A stretch of DNA of 64,000 nucleotides from Octopus sinensis (lineage: Eukaryota), in NCBI RefSeq assembly GCF_006345805.1, contig NC_043024.1, positions 7,626,001 through 7,690,000 of the forward strand, written 5' to 3'. The notes beneath the pieces were generated by a model. The model made no database searches. It was not told the DNA's origin and was given only the letters and a program-made list of their open reading frames with translations. Below, piece after piece: positions 36,971-49,659 of the stretch; the first letter of the stretch is position 1; each line of letters starts with the position of its first letter. The position numbers were made by a program, and so were the translations under genes.

Positions 36971-39900
36971 GCCGCTGAGTCTTTATATAGTCACAATAGA
37001 CAGGCTGGCTGCTCCTGATTGGTTGCAGGATTGAAAGCTGCTTGGTTGTCCAAGAACTTCCTTACCAATGTAATACAAGACAAGGCATAAATAATGATCA
37101 GATTGTATTCTTCTTTAATCAGAAATGACTGATGAAAGTAGCATTGAATTTTTTTAGATCGTTCAATTTTTCCCAACCAGGCGCAGGAGTGGCTGCGTGG
37201 TAAGTAGCTTGTTTACCAACCACATGGTTCCGGGTTCACTCCCACTGCGTGGCACCTTGGGTAAATGTCTTCTACTATAGCCCCGGGCCGACCAAAGCCT
37301 TGTGAGTGGATTTGGTAGATGGAAACTGAAAGAAGCCTGTCGTATATATGTATATATATATGTATGTGTGTTTGTGTGTCTGTGTTTGTCACCCTAGCAT
37401 TGCTTGACAAGCGATGCTGGTGTGTTTACGTCCCCGTCACCTAGCGGTTCGGCAAAAAGAGACCGATAGAATAAGTACTGGGCTTACAAAGAATAAGTCC
37501 CGGGGTCAAGTTGCTCGATTAAAGGTGGTGCTCCAGCATGGCCGCAGTCAAATGACTGAAACAAGTAAAAGAGTAAAGAGAGAGAGTCAAGAGACTGAAT
37601 GAGTACACCTATCAATAACGAACCAATATTGACCACTGGAAACAGCTGTAAGTCAAATTTACTGCAATAAAGAAAAATATACAATGTGCAGGTGGCACAT
37701 AAAAAGCACCCACTATACTCTCGGAGTGGTTGGCGTTAGGAAGGGCATCCAGCTATAGAAACTCTGCCAGATCAAGACTGGAGCCTGGTGCAGCCATCTG
37801 GTTGCCAGCCCTCAGTTAAATCGTCTGACCCATGCTAGCATGGAAAACGGACGTTAAAAGATGATAATGATCATCATCATCCTTATTTAAAGGCGGTGCT
37901 CCAGCATGGCCGCAGTCAAATGACTGAAACAAGTAAAAAAAAAAGAGTATACCTCATCTTGAGTGTGTGTCTATACATACATGTATATATATATCACCGA
38001 GTGTGTATGCGTCTATATATACATGTATATATATCACTGGTCTTCGATGCGAAGACCAGTGATTGTCATGCGCTGATGACGGGTAAATACCCAGAAACCC
38101 GAGTCTGTGCGTATCACGTCAAGTCGACAATGGGAAGGATGGCTTCCCTTTGCAAATACTGATAGGGCACAGAAAGTGTGTCAGTAGCCAGCTGGAGATG
38201 TTCTCCTGGGGCTACAAGTTACAGTAGTATCCACTCTTAGTGGTTAGCCACATTTAAGTGGCAAATATACTTCACATTGTTGTGCAGCTACTGTTTATAC
38301 CTAGGTGGCGCTAAATTTCGAAACCGGTACCGAGTTGACCAGCATTTACTTGTTCTGACTCATTTGAGGTAAGACATTATTGTTCACTGATATTTTTTCC
38401 TATCTTGTCTGTAATAGATTTGTGACTTTTCAGTGGTGCAGAAGTATTTTTTGACTTCTATCATTAGCGATATAGGTACTCATGTAGTACCCTTGTGTAT
38501 ATATGTACATATCTAATATTGTATGTATATATTTTATTAATTTGCCTGTACGGCTAATAATTTCGCTTACCATTTGTGATGGTATTTTAATAATACCATC
38601 CCTACTGTAGCTGTGATACCAGTGCCGGGGGCACATAAGAGAACCATCCGAATGTGGCCATTGCCAGCGCCGCCCTGACTGCCTCCGTGCCAGTGGCACG
38701 TAAAATGCACCCACTACACTCACGGAGTGGTTGGCGTTAGGAAGGGCATCCAGCCGTAGAAACATTGCCAGATCAGACTGGGCCTGGTGCAGCCTTCTGG
38801 CTTCCCAGACCCCAGTTGAACCGTCCAACCCATGCCAGAATGGAAAGCGGACGCTAAACGATGATGATGATATACACAATTCAGTTAGAGGTTAAAACAG
38901 CCTCATTAAGGGATAGTAACACCTAATAACCTAACTATATATCCTGTCTACCCTCCTGATGAGATTTTGCCTCGTACAATAATTTAATTATTGTAATTTA
39001 ATCTAATTGTTGTATTCTTGAGTGAACCAACTCTACAAACCTGGCACTTTTTTCAAAGAATTCTCCATCCTGTTTTATGCATGACACGTCTCACAATCCC
39101 AGATTGCTTTATCTTCTATCTTTTGTTTCAGTCAAAGGACTGTGGCCATGCTGGGGCATTGCATTGAAGGGTTTAATCAAACAAATCAACCACAGTTCTT
39201 ACTAAGTCTGGTACTTACCCTATTGGTCTCTTTTGCCGAATCCCTAAGTTATGGGGACGTAAACAAACCAACACCATTTTAAAGTGATGGTAGGGGAATG
39301 AAGACACGCATATATATGATGGGCTTCCATACAGTTTCTGTGTACCAAATTCTCTCACAATGCATTGGTCAGCCCTGGGGTTATAGTAGAAGGCGTTGAA
39401 CAGTGGGATTGAACCTGAAACCTTACAGTTACAAAGTGAGCTTCTTAACCACCACAAGGCCATCCTTGCTTCAGTTTGATTCCAGTGACACTGATTTTCT
39501 GAGTAAAATTAACAGTAGTAGAATGTCCTTTGCTTTATCAACAAACACAGAATCGGCCCATTCTTTTAGTAGCTTTCCATGACTGCCCTGATCAAGGATG
39601 GTCAGAACAGCCATCAGCTTTAATGAAGACACCCATGGTGCACTCAACGACTACAAAAAAATCTTAACTCTATGCCTGACCTGTGAATCATGTGATACAC
39701 AGGACATTTCTCAGATATCCATGTATCATATATATATACACACACTCACCACAGGCTTCTTTCAGTTTCCATCTACCGAATCGACTCATAAAGCTTTGGT
39801 TGGCCTGGTGCTGTAGCAGAAGGCGGCGAGCTGGCAGAAACGTTAGCACACCGGGTGAAATGCTTAGCAGTATTTCGTCTGTCTTTACGTTCTGAGTTCA

Positions 39901-40328
39901 AATTCCGCCGAGGTTGACTCTGCCTTTCATCCTTTCGGGGTCGATAAATTAAGTACCAGTTACGCACTGGGGTCAATGTAATCGACTTGATCCCTTTGTC
40001 TGTCCTTGCTTGTCCCCCCTGTGTGTAGCCCCTTGTGGGCAGTAAAGAAATAAGCAGAAGGCACTTGTCCAAGGAACCATGCAGTGGGACTGAACTCAAA
40101 TCAGGTGGTTGGGAAGTGTACTTTTTAAACCCCACACAACCCTGCCTTTCTCCCTTAATGTTAAGACTAATGTAGTCAAGAAATTCCTGTCTCTTTTAGA
40201 TAAACATTTTCCCATAAATCATAAATACAGGAAAATTTTGAACAGATTTGAACAAACTTTTTTTCTTTCTTTTTTAGTTTCACTTCAGAGCTGCGGCCAT
40301 GCTGATGCACTGCCGTTTTGATATGAAT

Positions 40329-40481
40329 TACTCATGGCAAAGATGGAGCAAGCCCCTAACACTTCACCTAGATCTAAAAATCAGTTTAATATCGATGGCC
40401 CCAAATAGGAGCCGTATCAGATATTAAGCTGATAAGAACAGATACTACACTTTGATCTTAGCCAAAAGACCGAGAAGTGAT
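40329..40481 (-). pseudogene. U2: U2 snRNA copy, 3'-truncated (about nt 1-153), probable pseudogene
   Basis: Minus strand reads ATCACTTCTCGGTCTTTTGGCTAAGATCAAAGTGTAGTATCTGTTCTTATCAGCTTAATATCTGATACGGCTCCTATTTGGGGCC...AAACTGATTTTTAG...GGGGCTTGCTCC, matching the invertebrate U2 5' end, branch-site recognition GTAGTA and stems IIa, IIb and III. The Sm site reads ATTTTTA instead of ATTTTTG, and stem-loop IV is absent. Confidence 0.9.
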
Positions 40482-41297
40482 TTAACAAATTTCAACAGAT
40501 TTTTTAAAGGGGAAAATTTTTAACACTAAAAATATCATACAGCTGTTACCTCAATATGAAGAACATTATAACTTGCAAATATCACGAAGGTCCCATTCCC
40601 AATTGTGAGTATTGAGACCCTGAAGCTAACCCACTTAACCAGGTGTGTATGATGATCTCCATTATATATGAAACTGCAGTTAGAGCTATTCTCCAAGACA
40701 AATCAATTGAAAAGAAGAATAACATTGGATCATCATCATCATCATCGTTTAACGTCCGCTTTCCATGCTAGCATGGGTTGGACGATTTGACTGAGGGCTA
40801 GCGAACCAGATGGCTGCACCAGGCTTCAATCTTGATCTGGCAGAGTTTCTACAGATGGACGCCCTTCCCAACGCCAACCACTCCGAGAGTGTAGTGGGTG
40901 ATTTTACATGCTACCAGCATGGGGCCAATCAGGCGGTACTGGCAACAACTTCGCTCGAATGCTTTATACATGCCACCGGCACAGGTGCCAGTAAGGCGAT
41001 GCTAGCAACGATCACACTTGAATGGTGTCTTCTACGTACCACCGGCAAGGAGGCCACATAGCCGCTCTGGCAACGATCATGCTCGGATGGTGCTCTTTGC
41101 ACCCCGTTAGCATGGACGCCAGTCATCGAATTCGATTTTGATTTCACCTGTCTCAACAGGCCCTCGCAAGAAGAGCCTTAGTGTCCAAAGAAGGAAAAGG
41201 TACGCATAAGCGGGCTGGTTACGGCCCTGGCATAGGCCACGAGAGGGCAAATTCAAGAGATGTTATACAAACCATCTATCTTCTTTCTGGCACACAC

Positions 41298-41328
<31 letters not shown>

Positions 41329-43736
41329 TATATACACACATACATATATACCCACATACATATACACAGGATGAAAGGCAAAGTCGAACTCAGCGGAATT
41401 TATAACCACCACATAATACCCAGATGAGGAGATATACGCGCACATTTATATACATCTACACGTGTCTGTGTAGTTAAAGCCAGTACTGCTGTATTGATTG
41501 ACCAAGGGAGCAGGGAAGCTGTTGTCATCAATGATGACATCCCCAGTACTTGAGTCCACCACCCTAGTTAAAGGGAGTGATGCCACCAGCTAGCTTCCTC
41601 TCAGTGCCTAGTTGCAGTTCTTGCATCTCCTGTCTTGAGATGATGATCTTCATACACATATGCATACACACATATATACACATGTGTGTATATATACACA
41701 AAGGGCGGCGAGCTGGCAGAGACGTTAGGCGAAATGCGTAGCCGTATTTCGTCTGCCATTACATTCTGAGTTCAAATTCCGCCGGGGTCGACTTTGCCTT
41801 TCATCCTTTCGGGGGGTCGATAAATTAAGTACCAGTTTCGCACTGGGGTCGATGTAATCGACTTAATCCCTTTGTCTGTCTTTGTTTGTCCCCCTCTATG
41901 TTTAGCCCCTTGTGGGTAGTAAAGAAATATATATACACATGTATATACATACATGCATGCATAGATACACACACACACACACGTATACACATACATATAT
42001 GTGTGTGTGTGAGAGTATGAAGCATTTTGGAAAAAAAATATTGGATGGATAAAGTAATATATACAAATATATACATATATACAAAATGTCTCAGAAAAAT
42101 GGTGGGATGACCATGGTTGGTAATTTTCTTGATCATTGTTGTGTTGTGACCCCCATCAGTCATGAATGAGCATGGGATTGCACCTAGAAAGTTACCCTCC
42201 GAGGCACAAGTCTGGGCAAGGTTGTTTATGGAAGACCAGCAGTCTCCCATGCATACCAGCATCCCCTTCTCCATGTCACTGATGTTATCCAAGGGAATGG
42301 CAAAGGGGCCGATACAGCTTGGCACCAGTGATGTCGCAGCTCATTTATTAACGTGCAAGTGGCTGAGTATTCTACAGACACGTGTACCCTTAACGTAGTT
42401 CTCGGGGAGATTCAGCGTGACAAGGCTGGCCCTTTGAAATGCAAGTACAACAGAAACAGGAAGAAAGAGTGAGAGAAAGTTTACCACCACACTCTGCCGG
42501 AGCCTTGTGGAGCTTTAGGTGTTTTCGCTAAATAAACAATGCCCGGTCTGGGAATCGAAACCGTGATCCTCTGACCGCGAGTCCGCTGCCCTAACCACTG
42601 GGCCATTGCGCCTCCACATTTCTTGATCATAAGCCTACAGTATTACTTACTGATGAAATTGGGCTAAGCATCAACATAACAACATTATCATAAAAATTAT
42701 TATAATTTTGTATACTAAGCAAAAATTCCTGTTGTTCTCTGCTACAAAGGTTACAAAGGTTTTGGTGTGCCCCAGTCAGTTGGTGATCCTTTGATCCTGT
42801 CAATTGGTGTATAAATTTCTATTGCATAACAGAAATTGTACCTACACACACAAATGATGTGTTGGAGCAGTTGTAGTGTCTATGGAACTGAATACAGTAA
42901 ATATTTCCTGCAGACCAACAGAGGGATAAAATACAGCTTTAAAGCAGACAGGCAGGATTTGAACTTGGTCATTAACCAACAAAAACAATTATTGCTCAGT
43001 ATGTTACCACCTGCTCCAACCTCACAGACCAGACAATACAGTTTCTCATAATAAACTGTATTAACCCATTAGCGCTTATGGTTCTCTTTTTGAGGACCAG
43101 AAAGATAACCTATCATATTTCTGCAACACCTGTATTTTTCTGAGGTATCTTTAAAAAGTTAGTCATCAAGACTGGATTGTCTTTCAAATATTGTAATAAA
43201 TTTACTTTATATGAAGACCCGACAAATGAAGTGAGTTCATGGCTTGCAGGACGGCCTGCTGTGCTAACCTTGGATCATAGAGTGACCCGCTGTTCTTGAA
43301 GAGACCTATTGTGTCAAGTACATCAACACCAACATCAAAATAAAAATCAAATGGAAATTTTAGTTAAGACACCTGTGCCGGCGACAGGTAAAATGCACTG
43401 CCCGAATGTGGCAGATGCCAGCATCGCCTGACTGGCGTCCGTATTGGTGACACGTAAAAAGCACCAACTGATCGTGGCCGTTGCCAGCCTCCTGGTCCCT
43501 TGCTCAAGAACACAACACGCAGCCTGGTCCAGGATTCGAGCTCACAACCTCACAATCGTAAGCTCGACGCTCTAACCACTGAGCTATGAGAGGATTAATA
43601 AAGTTTGTAGATTAGTTATCTTTAACCCTTTAGTATTTAAACCGGCCATATCCGGCCAAAATATTTAATCTGTTTTATGTTCAAACTGAGCAGATCCAGG
43701 CTCTCACACCTACCCTACAATGTTATTCTACATTAA

Positions 43737-44044
43737 CCCCTTACCCGGCAGAAACGAATATATACGTTTTGACCGAAATCGTTTTTTTCTATCTCTGGCG
43801 AGTTAACTCGTCAAAAGATAGACTCGCCAAAATCGACAGCAAACGAGTTCCTTTGTCTAAAAACGGGTTAACTCGTTTCTGCCCAAAGCAGTAATTTAAA
43901 ATCAATATTATTGAATTAAAATTCATAATAAATAAGGTTTGAAATATACCTCGAAATCACCATTCAAAACATAGTAAAATAAAACAATTAAAAAATATGT
44001 CTGAAAAAATACATTTATTTTCAAAATAATTGTTGGGTAAGGGG
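43737..44044. mobile_element. 308-bp piggyBac-like MITE nested in another TTAA MITE (43621-44160)
   Basis: TTAA|CCCCTTACCC…GGGTAAGGGG|TTAA; the host family copy at about 24085-24310 has a single TTAA at this site. Confidence 0.85.
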
Positions 44045-44277
44045 TTAAGTAATTACACCATCAAGATCTTGAAGATATGAGATAATGCATGATTAATTCA
44101 AATCAATGGGAATCAATAAGCATTATGTTTGAAAGAATAATCTGAACACTAAAGGGTTAGTCATATTTATGTAATCTCAAGCAAATGAATTCTATAAATT
44201 AGAAGTCCTTAGTACAACAAATGAACTTATTAATATGGAATTATAAGATAAGAATATAATAAAAACATTTTACTCAC

Positions 44278-44311
44278 CCAGAAGTGTAGAAAGTATAAAC
44301 ACAAAATTCAT
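44278..44311 (-). CDS. Coding exon 1: start of signal peptide (MNFVFILSTLL + G)
   Basis: ATG AAT TTT GTG TTT ATA CTT TCT ACA CTT CTG G|GTGAGT. Hydrophobic stretch followed by a consensus phase-1 donor. A possible upstream acceptor TTTATTTGACAG at 44503 would define a 5' UTR at 44502-44312. Confidence 0.7.
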
Positions 44312-44899
44312 AGTGGAACCGAAATCTTGTTTTGAAAGCAGTTCTGTTCCTGGACACTTGACGCTTTTGAAATGTGACAGTGTCACTATCGGTAATCAGC
44401 TTTAAATAACCGTCCACTAACCGACGTACCGATGCATAGCAATCTACCGGCTAATGCCTTCTTTACTCGATGCCATTTTCTGAGCTCTCCGAAGACAAGC
44501 ATCTGTCAAATAAAAGTCACGAATTTAAAAATAACAGAACCTTACGAAATCGTATGATTTCTAAGGACTCCTTAACAGCCAAATTCAACAAAATTTTGTT
44601 TTGATGTGGGTTTGACAAGGCTACTTGAAAATACTTCCAGATCGGCAGCAAGAGGCTTTGCTTGCTTTTTCTTTGATATTTTTCTTGGTTTTTTTGTTAT
44701 TTTACACAGGGGGTTATTATTTGTTCATTTTGTTTTTCTTTTTTGGCTGGTTTTGTTGTTGGGTTTTTGTAAAAAGCTAAAATGCCTTTTTTTTAAAAGT
44801 TTAAGCGTTGTTTTGACTTAGTGTCGAGTGCAGGTTGTAAAATTAATATTATATTGAAGAAATATTTGATGGTCCATTTTCGGAGCAGAAAAGTTAGAG

Positions 44900-45390
44900 G
44901 TATGGGGAGGGAGGGAGAGAGAGAGAAAGGTAGAGAGAGAGAGAGAGAGGGGGGGAGAGAGAGAGAAAGAGAGAAAAAGAGAGAGAGAGAAGAAGAGAGA
45001 GGGAGAAGAGAGAGGGAGAGAGAGAGAAAAAGAGAGGGAGAGAGAGAGAAAAAGAGAGGGAGAGAGAGAAAATGTATAAAGTGATAGAAGGGGGAGAAAG
45101 AAATAGAGATAGTGTGAAAAAGAAAAAGAGAGAGAAAAAGAGAGAGAAAATGGATAAAGTGATAGAAATGGGGAGAGAGAAATAGAGATAGTGTGAAAAA
45201 GAAAAAGAGAGAGATAGAGAGGAGGATATACAGAGAGAGAGAGAGAGAGAGAAGAGAGAAAAAGTGAGAGATAAAAAGAGAAAGTGGAGGGGATAGATAG
45301 TTAGGTGAAGGCAGTGCTCCAGTATGGCTAAAAATGAAGACTAACTAGACAGAAAGAAAAAGAGAGAAGACACAAGAGACAGAGAGATAC
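44900..45390. repeat. GA-rich / (AG)n low-complexity tract
   Basis: Directly visible; further (AG)n at about 45850-45885 and 46055-46072. Confidence 0.9.
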
Positions 45391-45785
45391 TCTTTATATA
45401 TAAAAGAGAGGTTGTGTGCTGTCTGTCTCCTACGATTTAGATTCCTAACTACTCCCACATTTTGCGGTGCAGTTTAACCAAAACCGGGTATCTTATAGTC
45501 GTGATTCATACCGAGCCCTTCTGGGTATTAGCGCGCGTCTACGATGAGTGTACGATTTTAAAAAAAATTTACCATCAATTTTTCCCATTTTTAATCCATT
45601 TTTGACATATATAAGGGAAGTAACTCTCTAAAAATTTATTATTAAATCTCAGAACGTAAAAGCTACAGTAACACCCCCCCTTTGTGATTAGCCATATTGA
45701 GATGGCTATTATACTTTACATCTCTAAAAATGCTTATATAGTTATTTCCCTTACAAACCCGAGCAACGCCGGGCGATACTGCTAG
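45391..45785 (+). mobile_element. Non-autonomous Helitron (family A)
   Basis: TCTTTATATATAAAAG start; CCCGAGCAACGCCGGG hairpin and CTAG|T end. Confidence 0.85.
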
Positions 45786-45846
45786 TCTATTATACAAGAA
45801 GAAAGAGAAGTGAAAATGGTGCAGACAGGTAACAAAGACAGGTAAT

Positions 45847-45888
<42 letters not shown>

Positions 45889-46749
45889 AGTAGGTAGACA
45901 GACAGTGAGGAGAGGGAAAATAAAGATAAATAGGTAAGGAGACCGAGGATGGGAGGAGAGAGATGAGGAGGAGGGAGATGCAATAGGGGAGAGATCAATA
46001 CAGACAGGTAACTAATTAAAAGAAAGAAAAGGGTGGAATGACAGAAAGAAAGAAAGAGAGAGAGAGAGAGAGCAATAGGTAACTACATTGTTGAATGCCC
46101 ACCCCACCGTTTCAAGATTCTCTTCTCTAGATGGAAGCCTCAAATAGTTAAGCTACTGCGGCCCTCCACCCGTGTCGGCCCTTTGCTAGTCTGTACACTT
46201 CTGCAAAACTTCCACCACTAGATTCTTCGATGTTAGGGCAAATCTGGTTTTAAGTCTTCCCCTTGCTCTTTTGCCATACTCTTTTACTTGTTTCAGTCAT
46301 TTAACTGCGGCCATGCTGGAGCACTGCCTTTTTTAGTCGAGCAAATCGACCCCAGGACTTATTCTGTTGTAAGCTCAGTACTTATTCTATTGGTCTCTTT
46401 TGCCAAACCGCTAAGTAACGGGGACGTAAACACACCAGCATCGGTTGTCAAGTAATGCTAGGGGGACAAACACAGACACACAAACACACATATATATACG
46501 ACAAGCTTCTTTCAGTTTCCATCTACCAAATCCACTCACAAGGCTTTGGTCGGCCTGGGGCTATAGTAGAAGACACTTGCCCAAGGTGCTATACAGTGGG
46601 ACTGAACCCGGAACCATGTAGTTGGTAAACAAGCTACTTACCACACAGCCACTCATGCGCCTGTAGCATTTGTTAACAAGGCCTTGTCTTCTGAGTATAT
46701 GGCCAGTGAAGGCCCATTCTCTTTCCATGATGGTACTAAACAGACTTTC

Positions 46750-46975
46750 CTGACTCTGCGGGGTCACTCCAAAAAGCTCTATCTGCGACGATTTCATCTC
46801 AATCGAAGGAGAGAGGCTTTCTCTGTCCTGGTTGCGGATCCACGGAATAAGCTGCCGGACGAGATAGTGAAGATGCCGATGACCGCTCGGTTCAAAGTCT
46901 CTCTTGACCAGAAATGGCCTGAACTCTTTGCATGAACACCACCCTGTACATAACTCCATGTCCTCCTACATGGCC
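46750..46975 (+). mobile_element. CR1-type LINE 3' end, nested in an RTE fragment
   Basis: RGHSKKLYLRRFHLNRRREAFSVLVADPRNKLPDEIV...FKVSLD; the flanking minus-strand DKRTNEWVLQK is RTE-like. Confidence 0.7.
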
Positions 46976-48859
46976 TTGCTTTTGCTTTTTGAACCAAAAT
47001 AATTAACTTTGTCTTTTGTAGGACCCACTCATTAGTTCTCTTATCCATCTAGCTTATTCCGGGAGTGCATCTGAAACACCTTTGTTCAAATGCTTCAATT
47101 TTCTTTATAATCCAGCATTCAGCTCCAAGGATGGCCATACTAAATAACAATGAATTGAGGAGTCAGTTTTTGTTTGCAAAGGCTGTAAAGTGTAATACAC
47201 ACGCACACATGGGCATACATTTTTATTATCTGCTTTTCCATGCTAGCATGTGTCAAATGGAGTTCATTGATGCATATTTTCTATGGCCAGGGAAGAAAGA
47301 AGTACTTAGATTACTAGTTAAATATGAGGAAAAGGGAGAGAATGGGAAGAAAGAGTACATTTATAGTGAGTGCTTGCTTCTCTGGTCATCAATATACTAA
47401 AGTATTGATGTCCTGCTGCTGACTTGGTAGAAGGTCACAAGATCATCCATCGTCTTTCCTGCTACAACTTCCTCCATCCCTTTTTGTTAACTCTATCCTG
47501 ACTAGGAACAAAATTAGCCTGAATGTGATGCGGTTTGGGACTGGGGGCAGAAATGCACCAATATTATTTGTTTATAGCCCACAAGGTGCTAAACAGAGGG
47601 GACAAACAAGGACAGACAAAGGTATTAAGTCAATTACACCGACCCCAGCGCGTAACTGGTACTAAATTTATCAACCCCGAAAGGATGAAAGGCAAAGTTG
47701 ACCTCAGCAGAATTTGAACTCAGAATGTAACAGCAGACAAAATACCTATTTCTTTACTACCCACAAGGGGCTAAACACAGAGGGGCCAAACTGATTAAGT
47801 TGATTACATCGACTCCAGTGTGTAATTGGTACTTAATTTATCAACTCCGAAAGGATGAAAGGCAAAGTCGACCTCAGCAGAATTTGAACTCAGAATGTAA
47901 CGGCAGACGAAATACCTATTTCTTTACTACCCACAAGGGGCTAAACACAGAGAGGACAAACAAGGACAGACAAAGGTATTAAGTCGATGACATTGACCCC
48001 AGTGTATAACTGGTACTTAATTTATCGACTCGACTCTGAAAGGATGAAAGGCAAAGTCGACCTCAGCAGAATTTGAACTCAGAACGTAACGGTAGATGAA
48101 ATACCACTAAGTATTTTGTCTGGCGTGCTAACGATTCTGCCAAATTGCTGCCTTATTCTTATTCAATCGTATCACCAATATTTCTATACCAGTATCGCCA
48201 CTCCTTCGCAACACATTCCACTACCACTCCCCACCACCCACAACAGCTCCCATCATGAGGTTGAGACATTATGGAATAGTCATTTTGGTGCTACCTATTA
48301 TTTGGTGTCATTTCAGCCCCAAATACTCTGTCTTATGTTCAAAGCCAGTCAGATTTGACATCTCACATCTACCCTACAATGTCATTCTAAAAATAAACAA
48401 TCACGTCATTGAAATCTCAAAGCTACAACATAATACATGGTTAACGTTTTAAAATGTGAATAAATTAGCATTACATTTGAGTGAGTAGAACACAACACAG
48501 CCCGGTCCGGGATTCGAACTCACAACCTCGCGATCGTAAGCTTGAGGGGCTTTGCTGGAAGGAAAGGAGTGAGGGAGGTCATATGAGTGGAAGCATGACC
48601 AGCATAGGTCTCTTTCGCCTTGGGGTGGCCACATGAGTGGAGGAAATTTGCTGTTAGGTTCTGGGCAGAGGTTGGGCAGTTAGGGCCCCTACAGATACAT
48701 CCTGATTGGAAAGAATCACTGGTACAAGAGAATCCATGAGGTAGGTGAAGTGTGCTTTTTAACCCACCATGCCACACATTCAACCATGCAGAAGGACCTT
48801 TGATCATAGGTTTGTTCAGTCATGGTTAATCTGGATCTTGCTTAAGTTAAGTTAATTTT

Positions 48860-49460
48860 TTGGCTCAAAAAGCAAAAAGCAAGGCCATGTAGGGGGACAT
48901 GGAGTTATGTACAGGGTGGTGTTCATGCAAAGAGTTCAGGCCATTTCTGGTCAAGAGAGGCTTTGAACTGAGTGGTCGTCGGCATCTTCACTATCTCGTC
49001 CGGCAGCTTATTCCACGGATCCGCAACCCGGACGGAGAAAGCCCCTCTCCTTCGATTGAGATGAAATCGTCGCAGATAGAGCTTTTCGGAGTGGACCCAC
49101 AGCCTACGCTCTGGAGCAGGAGTGAAGAACAGCTCTTTCAAGAGGTTATACTTTCTGCTTATGATGTTGTGAGGCCATGTAGGGGTACAGGGAGTTATGT
49201 ACGGGGAAGGTGGTCATACAAAGAGTTCAGGCCATTTCTGGTCAAGAGAGACTTTGAACCGAGCGGTCGTTGGCATCTTCACTATCTCATCCGGCAGCTT
49301 ATTCCACGGATCCGCAACCCGGACGGAGAAAGCCCCTCTCCTTCGATTGAGATGAAATCGTCGCAGAGCTTTTCGGAGTGACCCCCGCAGCCCACACTCT
49401 GGAGCAGGATTGAAGAACAGCTCTTTCGAGAGGTTACACTTTCCGCTTATGATGTGCTTG
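48860..49460 (-). mobile_element. CR1-type LINE 3' end, two tandem copies (about 290-bp period)
   Basis: Same family as 46750-46975 (RVADPWNKLPDEIV). Confidence 0.7.
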
Positions 49461-49659
49461 TTCCAGATTAGTCAGAATAAACAGAAATATTAAGTCTGAT
49501 GTCAAACAAGTCAGCACTGAATCAGTGACACCAAAAAGGCAGTACCAAAAGGGCTGTGCCATAACGTCTCACCCCCATGATGGGAACAGTGGTGGGAGTA
49601 GTGGTAGGGGAATGTGTTGGGAAGGAGTGGAGATACTGGTATAGAAGTACTGGTGTAGT

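Larger units (their letters stand above)
2379..44502 (-). other. Gene model (3'-incomplete, runs off window start): secreted cysteine-rich protein with a VWC/pacifastin-like module
   Basis: Five exons with GT-AG sites and all-phase-1 introns splice in frame (496 nt) to MNFVFILSTLLVICGLRYAGGCDPHEHPIFRALMKDGELEVCYNNKVEAAKYELTCIYKNKDYVEGDTFIDGCKVCYCNGYRTMRCVKICQAQNEKAVLKNQEIVLSCPQKIHCIRFTHEVLCKPLKKAPICKYQGRTVGEGVYFGLYGIFACMKNGTAISLAIY. The last exon ends in a donor, so more exons lie left of base 1. Confidence 0.8.

Noticed and set aside
44503-44545. GTAAGG…TTGACAG mini-intron in the 5' leader
   Set aside because: Only 43 nt, probably too short; the acceptor may instead be used from an unidentified upstream exon.
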